Shown: positions 9,575 through 19,289 of the stretch, piece by piece
Numbering within the stretch: the stretch's first letter is position 1
Layout: each line of letters begins with the position of its first letter
Origin: Gemmatimonadota bacterium
GTDB lineage: Bacteria > Gemmatimonadota > Gemmatimonadetes > Gemmatimonadales > GWC2-71-9
Assembly: GCA_041484445.1 (NCBI GenBank)
Contig: JBGPHP010000003.1
Span: 1-49,644 of the forward strand
DNA length: 49,644 nt
Reading direction: 5' to 3'
Translations under genes and position numbers: made by a program
Notes under the pieces: generated by a model
The model's input: the letters and a program-made list of their open reading frames with translations, nothing else
What the model was told of the DNA's origin: nothing
Database searches by the model: none

Positions 9575-11539
9575 ATGTGCGGCATCGGCGGGGTACTGGG
9601 ATTGCGCACCTTGGCGCAGGCGTCGACCGTCGCGCAGCGTATGAGTGCGAGTCTCGCGCACCGCGGGCCGGATGGTGAGGGGTTTCTCGGCATCGCCGAT
9701 TCGGGACAGGGTGTGCTCTGTCGATCCGCGTCGGACCTCGACGATCGCTGTCTGCATGGCGTGCTCGTGCATCGTCGCCTCAGCATCATCGATCTCTCGA
9801 CCGGCGATCAACCGATGGCGCTGGCCGACCCGGCCGCCTGGATCGTCTTCAACGGGGAGATCTACAACTATCCGGATCTCAAGCGGGAGTTGGCGGCCGC
9901 CGAGGACACGCCATTCCTGACGAATTCGGACACGGAAGTCATCCTGCGCGTGTACCGGCGCTGGGGGATCGACGGCTTCCAGCGGTTGAATGGGATCTTC
10001 GCCTTCGCCCTGTACGACGTGTCGCGACGCGAGCTCGTTCTGGTGCGGGATCCCGTGGGGGTCAAACCCCTCTATTGGACGGCGGGAGGGGGCTCGGTCT
10101 CGTTCGCCTCAGAGATCCGCGCGTTGCATGAGGCCGGCCCGGTCGACCGATCGATCTCCCCGGGATCTCTCGCGCAGTACCTCTACTATCGCTTCGTGCC
10201 CGCACCGTCGACGTTGTGGGCGGCGGTGCACAAGGTCGTCCCGGGGCACGCGATGCGTTTTGACCCTGCCGGGCGCTGCTTGGGCGACCACGACTTCGCG
10301 GCACCGGCCCCCGCTCCACGACAGGATCGAATCGCGTCCGGGGCGCTCGCCGAGCACTTCCAGCACGCGGTGCGCCGGCAGCTGCTCGCCGACGTCCCCG
10401 TGGGAGCGTTTCTCAGTGGCGGCCTCGATTCCAGTCTCCTGCTCGGGGCCCTCGGCTCTCGGGCGGCGGGATTCCCGACCTTTGCCGTCGGTTTTCCGGA
10501 CGCCCCCGACCGACCGAGCGAGCTCACCATGGCCGCGGCGGCGGCGGCCGCTTTCGGCAGCCGGCACGCGGGTCGAGAGATCGCCGAGGATGCCTACTTT
10601 GCTCGGCTGCCGTGGGCCATCGAACAGACGGAAGAGCCGCTGGCGCACCCGGGAATGCTGCTGCAGCTGGAGCTTTCCGCGCTGGCACGGCGCGACGTCA
10701 AAGCGGTCCTGACCGGCCAGGGCGCGGATGAGCCGCTCGGCGGCTATCGGCGGCATCAAGCGGCGCGGCTACTCCCGCTGGTGGCCGGTCTTGGGGCAGG
10801 TCTGGCACGCAGCCGGTGGATGACGGCCTGGGGAGCGCGCCGGGAGGTCGTTGCGCGCATCCGGCGAGTGCTCGCGGCCCGTCCCGGCGTCGAGCGTGCG
10901 GCCGCCCTGTACAGTACGCTGGCGCCGGAGGAGGCGGGCGCGATGGTGCGAGGGTGTAATCCGGACGAAGGACGGTCGGTGGTGCTCTCCGCCATCGAGC
11001 GGTGGTGGAGCAGGGCGGAGGGCCTCGACGATCTCGCGCGGACGCTCTATGTGGACGTTCGAACATCGCTGCCTGACGATCTGCTGCTCGTGGGCGACAA
11101 GATGTCCATGGCCCATTCGTTGGAGGCCCGCGTCCCCTATCTCGATCTGGAGTACCTGGCGGTGCTGGAGTCGATACCCGGTCCGCAGCGGATTGGCTTG
11201 CTGGGAAGGAGAAAGCCGCTGCAGCAGGCGCTGGCGCGTCGCCTCCTGCCGCAGCCGTTGCAGCGTTCCTTGCGACGCAGCACCAGTCCGTGGCGCCGCA
11301 AACACGGGTTCGACGTCCCGGTAGCGGAGTGGTTTCGCGGCGCGTTTCGCGCCGGGTTGCGAGAGTTCCTCACGGGTCCGGACAGCGCGATCCCGGCCTT
11401 TGTGGATCGGCAGGTCGTGGGCCACGCGCTGGATTCATTTCTCGCCGGGTCGGGAAGAACGTATCGTCAGATACTCTCGCTGTACGCGCTGGAGGTGTGG
11501 CTGCGCGCCAATGTGGTCATGCGTCCCATTTTCGGTTGA
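9575..11539 (+). CDS. asnB: Asparagine synthase-like glutamine amidotransferase (polysaccharide amidation)
   Basis: True start MCGIGG at 9575; HRGPDG, HRRLSIID, FNGEIYN, FLSGGLDSS, GQGADE, DKMSMAHSLEARVPYLD. Confidence 0.93.
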   Translation: MCGIGGVLGLRTLAQASTVAQRMSASLAHRGPDGEGFLGIADSGQGVLCRSASDLDDRCLHGVLVHRRLSIIDLSTGDQPMALADPAAWIVFNGEIYNYPDLKRELAAAEDTPFLTNSDTEVILRVYRRWGIDGFQRLNGIFAFALYDVSRRELVLVRDPVGVKPLYWTAGGGSVSFASEIRALHEAGPVDRSISPGSLAQYLYYRFVPAPSTLWAAVHKVVPGHAMRFDPAGRCLGDHDFAAPAPAPRQDRIASGALAEHFQHAVRRQLLADVPVGAFLSGGLDSSLLLGALGSRAAGFPTFAVGFPDAPDRPSELTMAAAAAAAFGSRHAGREIAEDAYFARLPWAIEQTEEPLAHPGMLLQLELSALARRDVKAVLTGQGADEPLGGYRRHQAARLLPLVAGLGAGLARSRWMTAWGARREVVARIRRVLAARPGVERAAALYSTLAPEEAGAMVRGCNPDEGRSVVLSAIERWWSRAEGLDDLARTLYVDVRTSLPDDLLLVGDKMSMAHSLEARVPYLDLEYLAVLESIPGPQRIGLLGRRKPLQQALARRLLPQPLQRSLRRSTSPWRRKHGFDVPVAEWFRGAFRAGLREFLTGPDSAIPAFVDRQVVGHALDSFLAGSGRTYRQILSLYALEVWLRANVVMRPIFG

Positions 11540-11682
11540 TGTTCGGATGGTCGGCAGTCCTACAACAAAAACCGCAAAATGCCTAATAACGATCCAAGCA
11601 TTTCGACCCGGCTACACGCTGTAACTCTTTGTAGATAAGCATGATAGCATAGACGTGTTCGACGGTCCAGAAACTGCTAGGC

Positions 11683-13848
11683 ATGCTCCCCGCCATGCTC
11701 AGCAGCAGATCCGGAGTCACCGTCAGCACTGGTCGTCCCGCGGGCTTCGGTCTGGGCCTGGCGGGCGTGCTCGTGCTGGCCAGCTGCCTGGGCGATCCCG
11801 TGGGTCCCTCCACGCTGCGCGTGATCACGGTACTCGACTCACCCGACACGGCGTGGGTTGGGGCGCCTGGCGAACCGCTCGCCCATCCGATCCGAATCCG
11901 AGTGGTCGACGTCCAGGGGCATTCGATCCCCGGCGCCTCGCTGAGCTGGAGCGTCCAGGGCCGAAGCGCGGCCGTCGTGAGTGCCTCGACGTCGACGGAC
12001 ATGAGCGGTGAAGGGACGGGGGAGTGGGTTCTGGGCACGAACGCGAAGGAGTTGCAGGTCCTGCGGGTGTCGGTCCAGACGGTCTCCTCCCAGGGTCAAC
12101 TGGTCATTCAAGCGAAGAGCCACCCCCACGTCGTTTCGCGCGTCACCATCCCCATCGATTCAACTACACCACTGCGGGTCGGGGATTCGATCACACTCAA
12201 GGTGAAGGCTGTCGACCCGTACGGGAACATCTTCCCGGCTCCGGATCCCGTCGTCACTGTCAGGGACACGTCGATCGTGTCGCTGTCGAGCGATCGATTG
12301 GTGGGCGGACCGCGCCGCGGTCGCACGGTCGTCCAAGCGATCAGTGGGGGGGTGGAGGTGTCCGTGCCCCTCAACGTGACTCAGTACGTCGCGGCGATCA
12401 TTCCGGGCGTGGACACGGTGCGGGTTTCCAGCGTGGGCGTGAGCCTCTCGGTTCCCTACGCCGTGCGGGATGATCGGGACCGTCCGGTCACGGACACGGC
12501 CGTGTCGCTCGCCGTGGGGGATACCGGGATCGTTCAGCCGAGCGGACAGTTCAGCTCCGTATTCGGGGACACGGCATCGGTGTCGCTGGTCACGGTCGCG
12601 AATGGCTCGACGCATCTCACATTGAGCGTTCCGGGCGTAGCGGCGTCGCTTCAGGTGGTCGTGGCGCAAGTGCCCGCGGCCATCACCGCGACGCTCACCG
12701 CCCCGAAGCCGATACTGGCGTTGCCGGTGGGGGCGACACTGCCCCTCACGTGCGCGGCCGTCGACAGCAACGGCGCGGCGATTCCCGACGAGCCGGTCCT
12801 GATCGGCACGAAGAGCGGCACGGTGTCGGGGGGAGGGTGCAGCGGGCTGCGCATCGAGCGGTCCGGCATCGATACGTTGACGGTCGGGCTCGGGGGCGTG
12901 CGTCAGGTCGTGCCCGTGGTCATTGCCGCTGCACCGATCGCCAGTTCGCCGCTGGGGGAGTTCGCGCTCGCGGATACGCTGCCAGGCCAACCCGGCTTCA
13001 CGTGGGCCCCTTCGGCGCGCCGCAACGAGCAGGGCGACCTGGAGGTCTACTACAGCGTCTATTCTTCAGCGCCGGATTCGAGCGGGTATACTCGCTCGGA
13101 CCTTCACCGACTCGTTTGGCTTGGTGGAAACCAGTTCCGCTACGACGGGATCGCCGTGAAGCACGACGACGATATCTGTAGCCCGCAGGGACAGGGGATC
13201 GAAAACATGGCCATCTTGCCCCGCGCGGAGAGTCCAGGCTGGCGCATGCTGTACGCCGCGGGAAGCAATGTCTGCTATGGGTGGCAGGTGTTCTCGGCGG
13301 TTTCCGCCGACGGGCGTACCTGGACAAAGGAAGCGGGAATCCGTCTCGGCAACGAGGGGGCCATTGATGGGCCGACCTGGTGGCCGGTCGGCGAGGGGCT
13401 GGTCGTCGACCGTCTTCCGGACGGGGAGTGGAGAATGATTACCGGTTCATTTGAGCACATCACGCCACCGGCAACCGACACGTGGCAGATTACTGAATGG
13501 CGTTCCTGGGATCAGCTCCAATGGACATATGTCGGCACGATCCTCACGACTTTTGACATGCCGCCGGGATGGCAAGGATCCGTCTACAGCCCGACGATAC
13601 GAGAGGTTGCGCCAGGCCTATGGCGCATGTTGTTTACTGCCAACGGTCGCGGAACTCCTGGAGGCCGAAGCGCCATGTGGAGTGCAGTGAGTACGGATCG
13701 CGCGCACTGGCAGGTGGAAGGCGAGTTGCTGGGGGACGTTGCTTCCAATCTCTATTATGCGGCGATGGTTGATGACCAGGTAGTGTTCATCCGGCAGGAC
13801 AACGGCGGTCCGATGCACCTTTCAATTGCCCACGTGACAATGCCGTGA
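11683..13848 (+). CDS. Lipoprotein with tandem Ig-like domains and C-terminal beta-propeller glycoside-hydrolase-like domain
   Basis: Lipobox LVLASC; Ser/Thr/Val-rich beta repeats (VVDVQGHSIPG, AVDPYGN, VRDDRDRPV, AVDSNGA); Trp-rich C-terminus with WAPS and S-x-D-x3-W motifs (SADGRTW, SWDQLQW, STDRAHW). Confidence 0.65.
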   Translation: MLPAMLSSRSGVTVSTGRPAGFGLGLAGVLVLASCLGDPVGPSTLRVITVLDSPDTAWVGAPGEPLAHPIRIRVVDVQGHSIPGASLSWSVQGRSAAVVSASTSTDMSGEGTGEWVLGTNAKELQVLRVSVQTVSSQGQLVIQAKSHPHVVSRVTIPIDSTTPLRVGDSITLKVKAVDPYGNIFPAPDPVVTVRDTSIVSLSSDRLVGGPRRGRTVVQAISGGVEVSVPLNVTQYVAAIIPGVDTVRVSSVGVSLSVPYAVRDDRDRPVTDTAVSLAVGDTGIVQPSGQFSSVFGDTASVSLVTVANGSTHLTLSVPGVAASLQVVVAQVPAAITATLTAPKPILALPVGATLPLTCAAVDSNGAAIPDEPVLIGTKSGTVSGGGCSGLRIERSGIDTLTVGLGGVRQVVPVVIAAAPIASSPLGEFALADTLPGQPGFTWAPSARRNEQGDLEVYYSVYSSAPDSSGYTRSDLHRLVWLGGNQFRYDGIAVKHDDDICSPQGQGIENMAILPRAESPGWRMLYAAGSNVCYGWQVFSAVSADGRTWTKEAGIRLGNEGAIDGPTWWPVGEGLVVDRLPDGEWRMITGSFEHITPPATDTWQITEWRSWDQLQWTYVGTILTTFDMPPGWQGSVYSPTIREVAPGLWRMLFTANGRGTPGGRSAMWSAVSTDRAHWQVEGELLGDVASNLYYAAMVDDQVVFIRQDNGGPMHLSIAHVTMP

Positions 13849-14876
13849 TCGGTACGGGTGACACGTCTCGGCTCACCCTCCTCTTCGTAACCAGCATGCA
13901 CCCCACCAGCGCTTCTCCGCTGCGAGGGGTGATCATTCAGCGACAGGCCGAGGCACTGCAGGCCCTGGGACACAGGGTCGAGTTCGTTTACGTGGGAGAG
14001 TGGGGCGGCCCAAGACGATACGTGCTTGCCCGAAAGCAGGTGGGCGCCGCCCTGCGGACCGTCCGTCCCCACCTGATCCATGCTCACTTCGGCTATAGCG
14101 GGCTTGCGATTCCCCGGGTTCCCGTTCCAATCGTCAGCACGTTCTACGGTGACGACTTGAACGGGACGGCGACTGCTTCAGGCGGGATCACCTGGAGGAG
14201 TCGGCTTGGAATCGCCGTCTCCCAATATGTCGCGTGGCGGAGCGATCGCTGCATAGTCGTATCGGAGTCTTTGCGTGCGCGCCTGTGGACTTCCGGCTTG
14301 CGGGCCAAGACCACCGTCATTCGGGATGCCGTTGATCCCGCGGTGTTTCGCCCTCTTCCACGCGAGACGGCCCGGACACGACTCGGCATCTCTCCGGACG
14401 ACGTACTGGTCATTTTTCCGCACGCGGCCGCCGTGGCGACAAAACGCGTCTGGCTGGCCGAGGCTGCCGTGGAGCAGCTGCGGCCTATCATGCCCAACGC
14501 TCGACTCTGGGTCGTGAACGGCCGCCCGCCGACGGAGATGCCCTGGTACTATGGGGCGGCCGACGTGATGATCGTGACGTCGGCACTTGAGGGCGGGCCC
14601 AGCAGCGTGAAAGAAGCACTCGCTTGTGGTTTGCCGGTGGTTTCCGTGGCGGTTGGCGATACTCAGTTGTTTGCCGACGCCCCAACGGCGATGGTGCGGG
14701 CCGAACCGGAGCCGGCGGCGTTGGCCGGCGCGTTGCTGGATATGTTGCGGCGTCCGCCCCTTGAACGTCGCAGCCACCTCCCGCCCGAACTGTCACTGGA
14801 TGCTGCCGCCCGCGCGATCGCCACCGTCTATCGCAGCGCCATCTCGCCGGTCACGGGCTCGACTCGATCAGCGTAG
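13845..14876 (+). CDS. Glycosyltransferase family 4 (TuaC-like)
   Basis: HLIHAHFG; EGGPSSVKEALACGLPVV (E-x7-E motif). Confidence 0.88.
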   Translation: MIGTGDTSRLTLLFVTSMHPTSASPLRGVIIQRQAEALQALGHRVEFVYVGEWGGPRRYVLARKQVGAALRTVRPHLIHAHFGYSGLAIPRVPVPIVSTFYGDDLNGTATASGGITWRSRLGIAVSQYVAWRSDRCIVVSESLRARLWTSGLRAKTTVIRDAVDPAVFRPLPRETARTRLGISPDDVLVIFPHAAAVATKRVWLAEAAVEQLRPIMPNARLWVVNGRPPTEMPWYYGAADVMIVTSALEGGPSSVKEALACGLPVVSVAVGDTQLFADAPTAMVRAEPEPAALAGALLDMLRRPPLERRSHLPPELSLDAAARAIATVYRSAISPVTGSTRSA

Positions 14877-14969
14877 GTGGTCTCCGAACGCGTAATCGCT
14901 TGCCGCGACGCGAGCTATGCGCGTACATTGCCTGCTCGTCGGCGGTCTCGAATCCTCGGGAGGCAGGAC

Positions 14970-15899
14970 GTGTCGAGCGGCACCGGGAACGTCGGGAAGA
15001 TTCTCGTGCTGGGTGGCGGAGGGTTGCTTGGCCACAAGCTGTTCCAGGTGCTCGGGCAGCGCTTCCCGGACACTTGGTGCACCCTCAGGACCCGGCGGGA
15101 CGAAGCGCCGTGGCACGACGTGTCCCTCTATCGGTCTTCGCGCGTCATCGATGCCGTGGACGCTACGGACTTCGACTCGCTCGAATCGTTGCTGCGTGAC
15201 GTACGGCCGGCAGTGATCGTCAACGCCATTGGCGCGATCAAGCAACGGAGCGAGGCGCAGGACCCCGTCACCTCGATCACCGTCAACGCCCTGCTGCCAC
15301 ACCGGCTCGCCGCCGTAGCGCGCGATTGGAACGGCCGTCTGATCCACTTCAGCACGGACTGCGTGTTCAGCGGAGTGAAGGGTCACTATTCCGAGGCGGA
15401 TTACCCCGACGCCACCGATTTGTATGGAAAGACGAAGCACCTGGGGGAGGTGTCCACTGAGAATAGCGTTACGCTGCGCACATCCTTCATCGGTCGTGAG
15501 CTGCAGCACCATCTGTCGTTGCTTGATTGGTTTCTGGCGCAACAACACCAGACAGTGAGAGGTTACCGACGCGTGTGGTGGTCCGGCGTGACGTCCAACC
15601 ACTTGGCGGAAGTCGTCGCTGACTTGATCCGGCGCCACCCGGGCATTTCCGGTCTCTATCATCTGTCCAGCGGACGAATCTCCAAGTACGACCTCTTGCT
15701 CAAACTGCGCGATGGACTGAGGCTGGACATCGAGGTGGAACCGGATGACACGGTCCAGTGCGACCGCAGCCTGGATGGGATTCGGTTTACGCGGGCGACT
15801 GGGTATCAGTGCCCTTCCTGGGACACCCTGATCAACCAGTTGGCCAACGATCCAACACCGTACGATGCTTGGACGGACAACCATGGCGTCTCTCGATAA
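14970..15899 (+). CDS. RmlD-like NDP-4-keto-6-deoxysugar reductase (QnlA/WbvR type)
   Basis: KILVLGGGGLLG, HFSTDCVFSG, DLYGKTK (YxxxK); GTG start at 14970 after GGAGG; about 309 aa, no C-terminal cupin domain. Confidence 0.85.
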   Translation: MSSGTGNVGKILVLGGGGLLGHKLFQVLGQRFPDTWCTLRTRRDEAPWHDVSLYRSSRVIDAVDATDFDSLESLLRDVRPAVIVNAIGAIKQRSEAQDPVTSITVNALLPHRLAAVARDWNGRLIHFSTDCVFSGVKGHYSEADYPDATDLYGKTKHLGEVSTENSVTLRTSFIGRELQHHLSLLDWFLAQQHQTVRGYRRVWWSGVTSNHLAEVVADLIRRHPGISGLYHLSSGRISKYDLLLKLRDGLRLDIEVEPDDTVQCDRSLDGIRFTRATGYQCPSWDTLINQLANDPTPYDAWTDNHGVSR

Positions 15900-16947
15900 G
15901 AAGCGGATTCTCATCACAGGCGGCACGGGCTCGCTTGGCCAGGTGCTGGTGCGCCGGATCCTCAGCGGCTCGGAGGGGCACCCCGAGCGGGTCATTGTGT
16001 TTTCCCGCGACGAGACCAAGCAGCACTACATGCGGATCGAGTACGAGCATCAGGTCGCGGCCACGGACGAGATCATCTATCGGAATTTCCAGCGCATGCT
16101 CCAATTCTGGATCGGGGATGTGCGGGACTTCCACAGTGTGGCGACGGCGTTGCGGGACGTCGATGTGGTCATCAATGCGGCGGCGCTGAAGCAAGTCCCT
16201 ACCTGTGAGTACTTTCCGTTTGAGGCCGTGCAGACCAACATCGGTGGCGCCCAGAATCTCGTACGGGCAATCCAGGAGCTCCATTTGCCGGTGCAGGTCG
16301 TCGTCGGCGTGTCCACGGACAAGGCGTGCAAGCCGGTCAATGCCATGGGGATGACCAAGGCGTTGCAGGAGCGCATCCTGGTGCAGGGGAACATGGCGTG
16401 TCCGGACACACGGTTCGTTTGCGTCCGGTACGGCAACGTGCTGGCCTCGCGCGGCTCGGTCATTCCCTTGTTTCACGAGCAGATTCGCCAAGGCGGGCCG
16501 GTCACGATCACCACCCGGGATATGACTCGATTTCTGCTCAGCCTCGAGGACGCGGCGGACACGGTGTTCACAGCGATCCGCGAGGCGCTGCCAGGAGAGA
16601 CCTACATCCCGCAGGTCCCGTCCTCGCGCGTCGTGGATGTCGCCAGGGCGCTTATCGGGGACCGACGCATCGAGCAGGTCGTGACCGGGATCCGGCCGGG
16701 CGAGAAGGTCCACGAGATTCTGGTGAGTGAAGAAGAGGCCTACCGCACGGTACGGCGCGGGTCCTACTTCGCCATCTTCCCGCTCCTGCCGGAGCTCCGT
16801 CGTCCCGGCGAGGCGTCGGCATGCCTCGATCGAGAGTACAGCTCGTCCCACGACCCGATGACCTTCGAGCAGACACTCGCTCTTCTGAAGGCGCGACGCT
16901 TGATGGTCGAAGACGTCACCGGAGAACACGTCGAATTGCTGCGATGA
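15883..16947 (+). CDS. fnlA: UDP-GlcNAc 4,6-dehydratase/5-epimerase (FnlA/WbjB/CapE type)
   Basis: ITGGTGSLG, FSRDE, AALKQVPTCE, STDKACKPVNAMGMTK, RYGNVLASRGSVIP, GIRPGEK. Confidence 0.88.
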   Translation: MASLDKKRILITGGTGSLGQVLVRRILSGSEGHPERVIVFSRDETKQHYMRIEYEHQVAATDEIIYRNFQRMLQFWIGDVRDFHSVATALRDVDVVINAAALKQVPTCEYFPFEAVQTNIGGAQNLVRAIQELHLPVQVVVGVSTDKACKPVNAMGMTKALQERILVQGNMACPDTRFVCVRYGNVLASRGSVIPLFHEQIRQGGPVTITTRDMTRFLLSLEDAADTVFTAIREALPGETYIPQVPSSRVVDVARALIGDRRIEQVVTGIRPGEKVHEILVSEEEAYRTVRRGSYFAIFPLLPELRRPGEASACLDREYSSSHDPMTFEQTLALLKARRLMVEDVTGEHVELLR

Positions 16948-18068
16948 AGATCATGACGGTGTTGGGAACGCGCCCGGAGATCATCCGTCTCAGTCGCCTC
17001 ATTCCGTTGCTCGACGAGCGAACCGATCACGTGCTCGTGCACACCGGCCAGAATTACGATGATCGGCTCAACGGGATCTTTTTTCGTGAGCTGGGGGTTC
17101 GCGCGCCTGACGTCAATCTCGACGTGCGGGAAGTGAGCTTCGGCGCCCAGATCGGCGGAATCCTGACGCGGATCGAACCGGTGCTCCTGGAACACCATCC
17201 GGACCGGCTGCTCATCCTGGGTGACACCAACAGCGGACTCGTAGCCATCGTTGCCCGGCGGCTAGGCATCCCGGTGTATCACATGGAGGCCGGCAATCGC
17301 TGTTACGACGATCGCGTGCCGGAGGAAGTCAACCGGCGCATCATCGATCATTCCAGTTCCGTCCTCTTGCCCTATACAGAGCGAAGTCGCACAAACCTGC
17401 TGCACGAGGGGTTCCGCCTCGAACAAGTCCTCGTAACCGGCAATCCCATCGGAGAGGTTCTCGCCCATCACGCGCAGGCCATCGACCGGAGTCAGGCCCT
17501 CGAGGACTTGCAGTTACAGGAGAAGCAGTTCTTCCTGGTGACGATGCATCGGGCGGAGAACGTGGACCGTCCGGACACGCTCCGATCGCTGGTCGAGGCG
17601 CTGCGTCGGTTGCACTCCCGATTCGGGTTTCCGGTGGTGTGCTCCCTGCACCCGCGCACACGATCCAAAGCCGACCGTTTTGGGGTGACACTCGATCAAC
17701 CGGGGCTCCGATTTCTTCCGCCGCTCGGGTTTTTCGACTTCGTGCGACTCGAACGAAGTGCTGCGTGCGTCCTCTCCGACAGCGGAACGGTTCAGGAGGA
17801 GACCTGTCTGTTCGGAGTCCCGAACGTGACGCTGCGGGAAGTGACGGAGCGGCCGGAAACCATCGAGTGCGGGTCGAATGTGCTCGCCGGCTCCGATCCC
17901 GAGCGGATCGGCAGTGCGGTGGAATTCGTGCTCGCCAGAGGAGCCACATGGCAGCCGCCTGCCGAGTATTTGCTGCCGCACGTTTCCCAGACGGTGTTCC
18001 GGATTCTGACCGGACACCGCACTGCGGAGCCTGCGGAGCTCGAATGGCGGCAAGGTTCGAGGAGCTAG
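16944..18068 (+). CDS. UDP-2-acetamido-2,6-dideoxy-L-hexose 2-epimerase (FnlC/QnlB/WbjD type)
   Basis: MKIMTVLGTRPEIIRLS, HTGQNYD, GDTNS, HMEAGNRC, SDSGTVQEE; ATGA overlap with fnlA. Confidence 0.88.
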   Translation: MKIMTVLGTRPEIIRLSRLIPLLDERTDHVLVHTGQNYDDRLNGIFFRELGVRAPDVNLDVREVSFGAQIGGILTRIEPVLLEHHPDRLLILGDTNSGLVAIVARRLGIPVYHMEAGNRCYDDRVPEEVNRRIIDHSSSVLLPYTERSRTNLLHEGFRLEQVLVTGNPIGEVLAHHAQAIDRSQALEDLQLQEKQFFLVTMHRAENVDRPDTLRSLVEALRRLHSRFGFPVVCSLHPRTRSKADRFGVTLDQPGLRFLPPLGFFDFVRLERSAACVLSDSGTVQEETCLFGVPNVTLREVTERPETIECGSNVLAGSDPERIGSAVEFVLARGATWQPPAEYLLPHVSQTVFRILTGHRTAEPAELEWRQGSRS

Positions 18069-18092
18069 CGTCTGGGATCCACTGACCTGCTG

Positions 18093-19289
18093 ATGGAGCA
18101 TCCGCGCGAGCACATCTACCTCTGCAGTCTGCTGTGGGACGGTCTCTGGATCATCCAGCAGCCGATCTGCAACGAGATCCAGAAGGACGAACCTGTGCTG
18201 TTCGTCGAGCGACCGGTCTCCGTGTTTACGGTTCTGCGATATCCCAGCCTGTGGCGGCAGCTGTTTGCGTGGATGCGAGGCGCGCGCAGGATCACATCGC
18301 GCCTCCGGGTGCTCGCGCCGCTCCCGCTGTTTCATCTTGGGCACCGCTTTCCGACGCTGTTCCGACTGGAGTTCGCGATCCAGCGCTGGTGGATCCTGCG
18401 GTGGGAAGGGGCCGCCCCGCGGACGACCCGCGTGATGTGGTTCGACAACCCGCTCTTTGAATGCGCCGTTGGGCGCATGGGAGAATCCCTCGCGGTCTAT
18501 CACGTCGGGGACGAAGTCGGCGAGTTTCAGACATCGCACCGGCCGTCCATGGCGCGACTCGAGGCGCGGGCGCTCCGGCGTGCTTCGGTAGTATTTGCCG
18601 CCGCGGACGAGCTTGCACGCGTGCGGCGGCCCATGAATTCACGCACGGTCGCCATCTGGAATGCCATCGACACATCCGTTTTCACATCCGAGGACCGCGT
18701 TGGGGCGTTCGTCGACGTCGATGCGATTCCGCCACCTCGAATCGCCTTCGTGGGTGTGCTGGACACATGGGTCGATCTGAAGCTCCTGGAAGAAGTGGCA
18801 CGGGCGCTTCCGGAGGTCAGTCTCGTCGCGGTCGGTCCATCGCGCGTCGACGACCGTTGCTTACGCGCGCTGCCCAATGTCCATTGGCTTGGTCTCCGTC
18901 ACCGGAGCCTGATCCCGGGGATTCTGCGCCGGTCGTCGGCGAGCCTCGTTCCATTCGTAGAGAGCGCGCTCACTGTGAACATCGTGCCGGCCAAGGTGTT
19001 CGAGGCACTGGCTGCTGGCATCGTTCCCGTGTGCACGGCTTTTTCGCGGAATCTCGATGCGCTCGAGGCGCTTGGATTGGTCTTGGTGGCGCGAGACCGG
19101 AGTCAGTACATCGATCTCGTTCGTCGGGCGATCCGCGACGACACGCCCAGCCGGCGCAGTGAGCTCCAGGGATTCGGCCTGCGCCAGACATGGGCGGAGC
19201 GTTGGCGGCAAATGCGGGATATCCTGGTCGATGTCGAGCGGCACGAAGACGGTCCGCGACCTGAACTCGGTTCGGGGAGTGGGCGGTGA
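18093..19289 (+). CDS. Glycosyltransferase (GT-B, TuaH-like)
   Basis: VLFVE, VYHVGDE, WNAID, IAFVGVL, PAKVFEALAAG motifs. Confidence 0.82.
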   Translation: MEHPREHIYLCSLLWDGLWIIQQPICNEIQKDEPVLFVERPVSVFTVLRYPSLWRQLFAWMRGARRITSRLRVLAPLPLFHLGHRFPTLFRLEFAIQRWWILRWEGAAPRTTRVMWFDNPLFECAVGRMGESLAVYHVGDEVGEFQTSHRPSMARLEARALRRASVVFAAADELARVRRPMNSRTVAIWNAIDTSVFTSEDRVGAFVDVDAIPPPRIAFVGVLDTWVDLKLLEEVARALPEVSLVAVGPSRVDDRCLRALPNVHWLGLRHRSLIPGILRRSSASLVPFVESALTVNIVPAKVFEALAAGIVPVCTAFSRNLDALEALGLVLVARDRSQYIDLVRRAIRDDTPSRRSELQGFGLRQTWAERWRQMRDILVDVERHEDGPRPELGSGSGR

